Assembly (NCBI GenBank): GCA_040399305.1
Contig: JBBASH010000001.1
Coordinates: forward strand, 52,592-116,591
From: Cyanobium sp.
GTDB taxonomy: Bacteria; Cyanobacteriota; Cyanobacteriia; PCC-6307; Cyanobiaceae
Length of the DNA stretch: 64,000 nt
Reading direction: 5' to 3'
Below are positions 49,079 through 56,825 of this stretch, one piece after another. The notes beneath the pieces were generated by a model. The model was not told where the DNA came from. It saw only the letters and a list, made by a program, of their open reading frames with translations, and made no database searches. Position 1 is the first letter of the stretch, and each line of letters opens with the position of its first letter. The translations under genes were made by a program, and so were the position numbers.

Positions 49079-51625
49079 GTGGAAGCCGCACTCACTGGGG
49101 TGGCCCTTGCCCTCACCCTGGCGTTCCTCCTGGAGAATCCGGCGCAGGCCGGGGAACGATCGGGGAAAGGAAAGGGGCGAAGCGAGGACCCCCTAGGGGA
49201 AGGACCCAGACCGGGTGGGGCGCCTGCTCCCCCGACACGAGGGTCGGCTGCTCTCCCGTTAGGAGGAGCGGACCCCGGGATCGACCGTGGTGGGACCACC
49301 GGGAGCGTTGCCGTCCCATCGGGGCCTACGGGCATCTACGGCGGCGCCGGGTGGGGATCCCTGGCGGCTAGTGGAGGGCTGGCGATGGGTTCGCCACCCC
49401 AAGCGCCCTGGCCCACCTCCGCTGGCCCGGCAGCATCGGAGTCCACGGGGCCGGGAGTCGTGGCCGGTAGAGCCAGCCCCTTGGCGACGGAAACGGGGTC
49501 AGAGCCCCCAACTGGCGAAGCCACCTCCACCGCCCTTCCGGCCGGGTTCCCCGATGCCGATCGGGGGGCTGGTCGCACCGCTCCAGTGGCGGAGAGCGCC
49601 GCTCCCAGGGCTTCGGCGGACGTGGGGGACGGCTCCACCCCGATGCCTGCTCACCAGAGTTTTCAGATCCTCATCGACCGGCGGGAGAGCGTGGTGGCCC
49701 GCAGCGTCGAAGGCCCGGCCCTCATGGTGTTCGACGCCAACCAGGTGGGCCTGCAGGGGGCACGGCTGGATCTCAGCCAGGCCCGGATCCCGGTGCTCAG
49801 CATCGACTCCCTGCGCCGGATCGAGGGGCTGGCGCTCTCTGTTCTGGGGACGGCGGAACTCCACCAGCGGAGCCTCAATCAGGCGGTCAGCGGCAGTGCG
49901 ATCGAGGGCAGTGCGGATGGAGGGAGCTACCGGATCCGGGCCTTGGATGTCCTGCTGCTCGGCCTGCGGGGGGGGCAGGGAGGTCTGATGGCGGTGGATG
50001 ACCAGGTCGAGGGTTTAAGGGAGAGCCTCCTGGCCGCTGACGGAGAGCAGAGCCAGACCAACGTGGAGATCGGGGCGGAACTGCAGCTGACCCTGGGAGG
50101 ATCCGCCGGATCCGGCACCCTGGAGGGGGAGCTCAACCTCACCAGCACGGCGGTGAACGGCTCCACGATTCGCCTCGGCGATGGTGCCGACAACGTGCGC
50201 ATCGCGAGCCGCATCAGCCGTGAAGAAGCACCCGACCCCTTCGCTTCCGCCCCTTCGGCCCCTGCCTGGGGCGCTGTGGCGGTGAACGGCAGGGCCGTGG
50301 GACTGCTGGATAGTCAGCTCAGCACAGGGGGCGGACCTGACCGGGTGACGATTGAGGCCGGGGCCGGGGCCCTTGAGGCGGTGGCCTTGGACAACTCCCT
50401 GGTCCAGCTGGGGGAGGGGGATGACAGCCTGCTGCTGCGGGGGGCCGTGATCGGTTCCCGCATCGAGCCGGGGGAGGGGCGCAATCGGGTGGAGGTGAGC
50501 GGAGCGGTCGACGACAGCGTGCTGGTGTTGAACCGGGGCGGTGACACCGGCATCACCCTCTCCGCAGCAGACGACAGCCTTGTGCTCGAAGGTGACGGGG
50601 GTGTCACGCTCCTGGCCGGCGGTGGCGATGACCGGATCCGAGTGGAGGGACGCGCGATCGGGCTGTTGGATGGCGGTGATGACCAGGACACGCTGGAGAT
50701 GGCCCGTTCCAGCCATGCAGGTTCGCCGGCTCCGATCGGGCCCCAGCAGTTGGAGCTGCAGGGCCTAAACCGTGGCCAGATCGATGGACTCACGTTCAGT
50801 TCCGTTGAGGCGATCCAGCTGAGCGATGGTGGCAACCATGTGGTGATCGACCCCCTCGGCAGCCTGGAGGGTCCGCTCTGGGGCGGAGCTGGTGCGGACA
50901 CCCTGGATTACGGCGCCTGGACGAGCGGTGTTTCGGTGGATCTGGACAGCGGCACCGCCGAGGCCATCGGTGGCGGTAGAGCGGGAGGGGCCCCAGGCTT
51001 CGACGGGGTCCTCGGCGGTCTGGGGGCCGACCATCTGGTGGGCGCGGCCGACACCCTCTGGCTCGATGGGGGTGCCGGTGACGACTGGCTTGAGTTCAAC
51101 CCAACGGACCGGATGGAGACGGGTGCCTCATTCCGGCTCACGGGTAGCGGCGGCCGCGACCTCTTCGTGCTGGCGGGCCTGGATCCCCTTCTGCTGGCCT
51201 CACCCGCCGCTGGGGGGTTTCCCGGATCCCCCCTACTCAGCGCGAGCATCCCATCACCTCGCCTGCTGCCCAGTCTGGAGGATCTGACGCTGGTGATCGG
51301 ACCGCGGGGGGAGCTGCAACTCAGTGACCGGCTGGGCTGGCGTGCCGGCGGCATCCTCGCGGCTGCCGATCCAGCCGCGAATGGCCTGGTGGAACTTCTG
51401 CCATCCGGGCTAGAGGGTCTGGGCCAAAGCCGCAGGCTGCCGATCGCCCCCCTGCCGGCCCTGCTGGCGGGCATCGGCACGGGGCCACCGCAGCTGGCCA
51501 TCGCCACCGATTCGGGAGCCAGCCAACTGGTGCTGCTCGGACCTGCCCGCCTCAGCGTGGAGCTAGCGCTCCTCCCAGCCTTCCATAGCCCCGTATCCTC
51601 AGCCGGCGCGCCGCTCCAATCCTGA
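49079..51625 (+). CDS. Large exported protein with degenerate Ca-binding (RTX-like GGxGxD / GxGDD) repeats
   Basis: GTG at 49079. Sec-like N-terminus ALTGVALALTLAFLLENPAQA. Pro/Gly/Ala-rich linker. Repeats LGDGADNVRI, GEGDDSLLLRG, GEGRNRVEVSG, GGGDDRIRVEG, GGAGADTLDYG, GGLGADHLVG, GGAGDDWLEF. Confidence 0.7.
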   Translation: MEAALTGVALALTLAFLLENPAQAGERSGKGKGRSEDPLGEGPRPGGAPAPPTRGSAALPLGGADPGIDRGGTTGSVAVPSGPTGIYGGAGWGSLAASGGLAMGSPPQAPWPTSAGPAASESTGPGVVAGRASPLATETGSEPPTGEATSTALPAGFPDADRGAGRTAPVAESAAPRASADVGDGSTPMPAHQSFQILIDRRESVVARSVEGPALMVFDANQVGLQGARLDLSQARIPVLSIDSLRRIEGLALSVLGTAELHQRSLNQAVSGSAIEGSADGGSYRIRALDVLLLGLRGGQGGLMAVDDQVEGLRESLLAADGEQSQTNVEIGAELQLTLGGSAGSGTLEGELNLTSTAVNGSTIRLGDGADNVRIASRISREEAPDPFASAPSAPAWGAVAVNGRAVGLLDSQLSTGGGPDRVTIEAGAGALEAVALDNSLVQLGEGDDSLLLRGAVIGSRIEPGEGRNRVEVSGAVDDSVLVLNRGGDTGITLSAADDSLVLEGDGGVTLLAGGGDDRIRVEGRAIGLLDGGDDQDTLEMARSSHAGSPAPIGPQQLELQGLNRGQIDGLTFSSVEAIQLSDGGNHVVIDPLGSLEGPLWGGAGADTLDYGAWTSGVSVDLDSGTAEAIGGGRAGGAPGFDGVLGGLGADHLVGAADTLWLDGGAGDDWLEFNPTDRMETGASFRLTGSGGRDLFVLAGLDPLLLASPAAGGFPGSPLLSASIPSPRLLPSLEDLTLVIGPRGELQLSDRLGWRAGGILAAADPAANGLVELLPSGLEGLGQSRRLPIAPLPALLAGIGTGPPQLAIATDSGASQLVLLGPARLSVELALLPAFHSPVSSAGAPLQS

Positions 51626-51638
51626 TCCTGGATTGGGC

Positions 51639-52931
51639 TCAGCGCATCGATCGGGTGGAGTCGAGGAATCCCCCGATCCGGTCGTAGATCAGGGCCAGCA
51701 ACGGCCGGGTGCCGAGCTGGATCAGGCCACTCACCGCCATCCCCGCCCTGAGGGGATAGGGGCGCCCCTGGTGGATCAAGGCCGAGCGATCGAGCCGCAC
51801 CACCGCCGGGAACATCTCCTGGTTCGTGCCTGGATCGGCCGGCAAGGCATCCGCACCAATGCGGGTGAGGGTGCCCCGCAGGGAGCCGTAGTCGGTGAAG
51901 GGGAGAGAGGTGATGCGCACATCCACGGGCATGCCGGGGGCGAGGAAGCCGATATCGCGGTTCGAGATGGCCAGTTCCACTTCCAGCGCCCGGCGGGGCA
52001 CGATGCGGAGCAACGGACGGGCTATCGCGAGTTCCCCCTCCTTGGCCTTCAGATCAAAGACCTCGCCGGCGACAGGGGCCAGGATCCGGCCCAGCTTCAG
52101 GCGGGACCGCAGCTGTTCCAGCCGCGTGCTGGTTTCCAGCAGCTGGCGGCGGGCTTCGTCGTATCGCTCGTAGAGCTGCCGGCGGTTGAGCGAGCCCACC
52201 TGCTCCAGGTTGAGCTCACTCTCGGCCAACCCGCGCTGGGCCGAGAGGATCTCCTGGCGGGTGCGGCGGATCGTGCCCTCGAGGTCCACCTGGCGCTCCT
52301 CCTGGCGATCGAGCTCCAGCCTGGAGATCGCCCCCTGGCGCACGAGTCCCTCCATGCGGCGATGAATGCCCTTATTGATTGCCTCCTTTCGCTCAAGAGC
52401 CTGAAGGTCGGAGATCTGCTGGCGCACGGTGGCCACGCTGCGCAGACGGCGCTGGTCGGCGGCACGACGGCGCAGGTCGGTGTCGTGCATCTGCTCCGCG
52501 AGTTCACGCCCATCCACCGCTAACGCCGGCAGACCCAGTTGTTGGGCCGCCTGGTTGGCATCCTTGCGCCACAGCTCGCGTAGGGCCAGCAGATCGCGAC
52601 TCTGGCGGCCGGCATCGAGTTCCTCCAGCTGCACCAGGGGTTGGCCGGCCCGCACGCTCTGCCCCTCGCGCACCAGCACCCTTCGGATCGGCGCCTGAAG
52701 CGGAGCACTGACATCGAAGCTGCCGCCCATCGGCCGGAGCTTGCCGGTGGCGGTCACGGAGCTGTCGATGCGGGCCACCCAGCCCACCACGGCTCCGAAG
52801 GCACTCAGCCCCGAGAGGCTCCAAATGATTGCCCGGCTCCAGCCGCGGGTGCTGCGGGGCAGGTGGGTGCGGCGCTGCGGTGGGGAGCCGGGAGGCCGTG
52901 GCGGCCTGGCGGGGTCGAAGACCTGGGTCAT
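51639..52931 (-). CDS. HlyD-family type I secretion membrane fusion protein
   Basis: ATG at 52931 overlaps the ABC exporter stop (ATGA). N-terminal TM segment, long coiled-coil, lipoyl/beta-barrel segments (GQPLVQLE..., ILAPVAGEVFDL, PGMPVDVRI). Confidence 0.9.
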   Translation of the reverse strand: MTQVFDPARPPRPPGSPPQRRTHLPRSTRGWSRAIIWSLSGLSAFGAVVGWVARIDSSVTATGKLRPMGGSFDVSAPLQAPIRRVLVREGQSVRAGQPLVQLEELDAGRQSRDLLALRELWRKDANQAAQQLGLPALAVDGRELAEQMHDTDLRRRAADQRRLRSVATVRQQISDLQALERKEAINKGIHRRMEGLVRQGAISRLELDRQEERQVDLEGTIRRTRQEILSAQRGLAESELNLEQVGSLNRRQLYERYDEARRQLLETSTRLEQLRSRLKLGRILAPVAGEVFDLKAKEGELAIARPLLRIVPRRALEVELAISNRDIGFLAPGMPVDVRITSLPFTDYGSLRGTLTRIGADALPADPGTNQEMFPAVVRLDRSALIHQGRPYPLRAGMAVSGLIQLGTRPLLALIYDRIGGFLDSTRSMR

Positions 52932-55900
52932 GACACCACCTCCAGGGCCTTCACGGGGGGCGCCTCCTCGGCGCTGCGGCCCTGCTGACGGAAGAGGGCG
53001 TAGTAGGCCCCCCGTCGCTGCATCAGCTCGTCATGGGTGCCCACCTCGAGAACGGCGCCGTTGCCCATGCAGACGATCCGGTCCGCCTGAACAATCGAGG
53101 AGAGGCGGTGGGTGATGAACAGCACCGTGCAACCCCGGAGCGCGGCCATCAGGTTTTCGCTCACCACCCGCTCCGTCTGGTAGTCGAGGGCGGAGGTGGC
53201 CTCATCCATGATCAACAGCCGCGGTTTCTGGAGGATCGTGCGGGCGATAGCGATCCGTTGCCGCTGGCCACCGGAGAGGCTGCTGCCCCGCTCGCCCACC
53301 TGGGTGGCGTAGCCGGCGGGGAGGGCCATGATGAAGTCATGGGCGGCGGCGATTCGCGCGGCTTCCACCATGTCCTCGGGGCTCGCCTCCGGATGGGTGA
53401 GGGTGATGTTCTCCTCGATCGAGCCGTCGAACAGCACGGTGTCCTGCGGCACGATGCCGATCTGGCGCCGCAGGGAATAGAGCTCCACCTTGCTGATGTC
53501 GATGCCATCGATCAGCACCATGCCCTGCTCGGGTTGGTAGAGACGGGCTACAAGTTTGGTGAGGGTGCTCTTGCCCGAGCCACTGGCCCCCACGATCGCC
53601 ACGAACTGCCCGCGGGGAATCGTGAGATCGAGGCCATGCAGCAGCAGCGGCGAGGAGGGTTGATAGCGGAATTGGATCGCCCGGAATTCGATCTCCCCCT
53701 CGATCGGTGGCATCACCATGCGGGTGGCGTTATCGGCGGCTGCCTCCTGGGGGTTGTCGATCACATCGCTCAGACGCTCCAGAGAAAGGGCGGTTTCCTG
53801 CACGGATTGCCAGATGGAGGTCATGCGCAGCAGGGGGCCGGTGACGTAGCCGGCGATGATGCGGAAGGCGATCAGTTCGCCCAAGCTCAGGGAACCTTGA
53901 AGCACCAGGGCGGCGCCGGCCCAGATCACGATCAATCCGGAAAGCTTGTTGAGAAAGCTGCTGATTGAGCCGGCTGTGGTGGAGAGAAGCGTGTTGTCGA
54001 AACCCTCGGCCACATAATCGCTATAGAGGTCCTGCCACTTCCAACGGCAGCGCAGTTCGATGTTCTGGGCTTTCACGGTCATCATGCTGCTCAACACTTC
54101 CACCAGGTGGCTCTGGGTGCGGGCATTGGCCACGGCCCGGCTCTGGAGCTGGTCCCGCACGATCGGCGACACCGAGAGCGTGAGCAGCACCAGCACCGGG
54201 ATCACCGCCAGGGTGAAGAGGGTGAGCTGCCAGCTGTAGATCAGCATGACCACGATATACAGAACTGCAAAGATGGCATCAAGAATGGTGGTGAGGGCCG
54301 TGCCCGTGAGAAAACCCCTCACCTTCTCCAATTCACCGATGCGGCTGCTCACCTCGCCCACCGAACGACGATCGAAGTAACTGAGCGGTAGCCGCAGCAG
54401 ATGGTCGATGATCTGGGTGCCGAGGGCTAGATCGATGCGATTGGTCGTATCCACGAACAGAAAGGTGCGTAGGCAGAGCAGCAGACCCTCGAACAGGGCA
54501 AAGACCACTAGCAACAGGCCCAAAATCCCCAGAGCCGAAGGGCTGTTATTGATGATCACCTTGTCGATCACCTGCTGAATCAGCAGCGGATTGACAAGAC
54601 CAAAAAGTTGCACGAAGAAGCTCGCCAGCAACACCTCCAGCAGCACCGCCCGGTGTTGGCGCAGGGCCGGGGCGAACCAACTGAAGCCGAAGCGCCGCCT
54701 CGGGGTCAGGTCATTGACCCGCAGGCTGAGCACCTCCCCTGCGTCGCCCCACTGCTCCCGGAAGGCCTCCAGGGTTAACTCCTGGTTGCCCACCGCAGGG
54801 ATCCCCACCACGAGATGGCGCCGGTCGCTGCGATAGATCACGGCCAATCCGTTGCCCCAGCGAATCAGCAGGGGGGGGCTGAGCTGCACCAAGGCCTCGG
54901 CGCGCAGCTCCAGCAGCTGGGTCTGCAGGCCGATCGATTCGGCCAAGGCACCGGCCAGGGCCAGGGAGGCCTGGCCATGCCGCGTCACCTGCTCACCGAT
55001 CACCCGCCGCAGCAGGTCGCGGCGGAAGGGAAGCCCAAGGTGATCGCTGATCATCCGGAACGCCGCCACGGGTGATTCCAGCGGTCCCACCCCCTTCACC
55101 CAGGGAAAGGCCTCGGGTCCCTGACGCTCCTGATCCGGCGGTTCCGGCGGCAGGGCCGGATCGATCGGTGTGGCGGCGGTGATTGCGGCCGGATCGAGGG
55201 CCTGTCGCTGTTGCTCCCAGTTCGCCAGCAGCTTCGACTGCCAGCCGTTCCCCGCGGCCTCACCCCCCACGGGTATAGCCGGTTCGAGGATCGCCTCAAG
55301 CCTTTGGCGATCGATACCGAGCAACCGCACCGGTTGGGGCAACGTGATCGGTTCATTGGGCAGCAGGCTGCCGATCGGCAACGGCCCGCCCGCCACGAGC
55401 CAGAGCCGCTCCCCATCCGGGGCAATCCCATTGCCGCCTTCGGGCCCCGGGGTGCGCACCAGGCAGCCGTCGGCCAGTTGGTTGGCCGCCTCCAGCACCT
55501 CCTCGCCGACTGGGCGCGGATACTCCCTGAGATAGGCATCCAGCACCCCGAACAGCTCCGCCGCCGTGACGCTCTGCCGCACCCGTGCGGCGAGATCCGG
55601 CCGGTCCGCGATCTCCTGGTGCAGCGCGTCCCAGGGAATCGCCACCACCACGATGTTGGAGGAAGCGAGCAGGGTTTCCCAGCAGCGTCCGCAACTCACC
55701 AGGCTCCAGCCCAGCACCGAGCCGGGCTGGAGGCGCTGCAGGGTGGCCACACCCCGCGGCAGACGGGACGAAAACACCACGGATCGCACCGTTCCTTCCA
55801 CCAAAAGGTGGAGCTGCTCCGGGGGCTGATCGGTGCGGCAGATCGGCTGTCCCTGCTGGAAGCTCTGCAGCTGGGCCCTGGACGAAAGGCGCAGCAGCAG

Positions 55901-55972
55901 ATCCTCCGGTTGGTCGGCCAGGAAGGGGAAGCAGCGCAGCAGCTCCTCGATCCGTGTGGTGGTGGTGGCCAT
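52928..55972 (-). CDS. Type I secretion ABC exporter with N-terminal cyclic-nucleotide-binding-like domains and a degenerate C39-like domain
   Basis: 1014 aa. N-terminal cNMP-domain-like FPFLADQPEDLLLRLSSRAQLQSFQQGQPICRTDQPPEQLHLLVEGTVR. The C39-like segment (FPWVKGVGPLESPVAAFRMISDHLGLPF...LIRWGNGLAVIY) contains no Cys at all. Six-TM exporter domain. Walker A GASGSGKST, signature LSGGQRQRIAIAR, Walker B LLIMDEATS. Confidence 0.92.
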   Translation of the reverse strand: MATTTTRIEELLRCFPFLADQPEDLLLRLSSRAQLQSFQQGQPICRTDQPPEQLHLLVEGTVRSVVFSSRLPRGVATLQRLQPGSVLGWSLVSCGRCWETLLASSNIVVVAIPWDALHQEIADRPDLAARVRQSVTAAELFGVLDAYLREYPRPVGEEVLEAANQLADGCLVRTPGPEGGNGIAPDGERLWLVAGGPLPIGSLLPNEPITLPQPVRLLGIDRQRLEAILEPAIPVGGEAAGNGWQSKLLANWEQQRQALDPAAITAATPIDPALPPEPPDQERQGPEAFPWVKGVGPLESPVAAFRMISDHLGLPFRRDLLRRVIGEQVTRHGQASLALAGALAESIGLQTQLLELRAEALVQLSPPLLIRWGNGLAVIYRSDRRHLVVGIPAVGNQELTLEAFREQWGDAGEVLSLRVNDLTPRRRFGFSWFAPALRQHRAVLLEVLLASFFVQLFGLVNPLLIQQVIDKVIINNSPSALGILGLLLVVFALFEGLLLCLRTFLFVDTTNRIDLALGTQIIDHLLRLPLSYFDRRSVGEVSSRIGELEKVRGFLTGTALTTILDAIFAVLYIVVMLIYSWQLTLFTLAVIPVLVLLTLSVSPIVRDQLQSRAVANARTQSHLVEVLSSMMTVKAQNIELRCRWKWQDLYSDYVAEGFDNTLLSTTAGSISSFLNKLSGLIVIWAGAALVLQGSLSLGELIAFRIIAGYVTGPLLRMTSIWQSVQETALSLERLSDVIDNPQEAAADNATRMVMPPIEGEIEFRAIQFRYQPSSPLLLHGLDLTIPRGQFVAIVGASGSGKSTLTKLVARLYQPEQGMVLIDGIDISKVELYSLRRQIGIVPQDTVLFDGSIEENITLTHPEASPEDMVEAARIAAAHDFIMALPAGYATQVGERGSSLSGGQRQRIAIARTILQKPRLLIMDEATSALDYQTERVVSENLMAALRGCTVLFITHRLSSIVQADRIVCMGNGAVLEVGTHDELMQRRGAYYALFRQQGRSAEEAPPVKALEVVS

Positions 55973-55975
55973 GGC

Positions 55976-56779
55976 TCAACCTCCCGCCATCACGAGGGAA
56001 GCGGGTTGCAGCTCGGCAACGGGAGCAAGGGTGCCTGCCAGGGCCGCCAGGCCGGTTTCGATCAAGGCCTGCAGATCAGGCTGCAAAAGCTCTTGGATCA
56101 GCCTGCTGCGCAGAGCATCGGTGAGACAGGCAGGACAGCGGTGCTCAAGCCGCACCAACACGATGGCGTTGTCCAGCAGAAAGGGGGGGTGGCAATCCCC
56201 TTCCGCCAGGGTGCGGAGCACAGTTCGCAGACTGTTGTGCAGCTGGCCGATCTCAATCGGTCCGACAATGCCCCGGGTCATCCGCTCATCACCGAGCGAA
56301 TGGCCACGGGCGAGATCGCCGAAGCTGACCTGGTCGTCGACCAGCCTGAGATAGAACTCCTCGGCCAAGCCGCGCTGGGGCAAGCGCATCAGGCGGAAGA
56401 CCACCTGCTCCAGATCATCGCGGCGATCGAGGAAATGAGCTTCAACCCGCTCGCCGTACTGATCATCCAGGGCCTTCTCCAGCAGGAGATGGTTCCAGCG
56501 TTGCTTCACCGTCTCGCGGCATGGCTCCGGCAGGGTGCCGATCCAATCGCCCTCGGGGCTGGCAGGGGCTTCAAAGGGGAGTCCAGCGCAGACCTGCGCG
56601 AGCATCTCCAGCCCCTCCCCAGGGCTCAAATGCACCCCCTGGCGTAATCCGTTGAAGGCCAGGTCCCTGGCCAGGTTCTGCAGGATGCCCTGCTGCTGGA
56701 GGAGCTGATGGAAGGGAAGGCCGGCCATCGCGTCCACGGCACGGAGCAGATCGTCGTGAAGTGGAGGAAGTGAAAGCAT
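55976..56779 (-). CDS. Parvulin-like peptidyl-prolyl isomerase domain protein, no signal peptide
   Basis: ATG at 56779. The C-terminal half fits the PpiC pattern: FRLMRLPQRGLAEEFYLRLVDDQVSFGDLARGHSLGDERMTRGIVGPIEIGQLHNSLRTVLRTLAEGDCHPPFLLDNAIVLVRLE. Lies 3 nt upstream of the ABC exporter. Confidence 0.65.
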   Translation of the reverse strand: MLSLPPLHDDLLRAVDAMAGLPFHQLLQQQGILQNLARDLAFNGLRQGVHLSPGEGLEMLAQVCAGLPFEAPASPEGDWIGTLPEPCRETVKQRWNHLLLEKALDDQYGERVEAHFLDRRDDLEQVVFRLMRLPQRGLAEEFYLRLVDDQVSFGDLARGHSLGDERMTRGIVGPIEIGQLHNSLRTVLRTLAEGDCHPPFLLDNAIVLVRLEHRCPACLTDALRSRLIQELLQPDLQALIETGLAALAGTLAPVAELQPASLVMAGG

Positions 56780-56825
56780 GGGTGAAGGGAGAAATCAGGC
56801 CAATTGGGATGCAATCGTGATCACT

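Noticed and set aside
53900-55100. Bacteriocin/lanthipeptide-type leader-cleaving ABC exporter (active C39 peptidase)
   Set aside because: The C39-shaped segment has no Cys and lacks the His strand. No small GG-leader peptide ORFs are seen nearby, and the neighbouring cargo candidates are giant repeat proteins.
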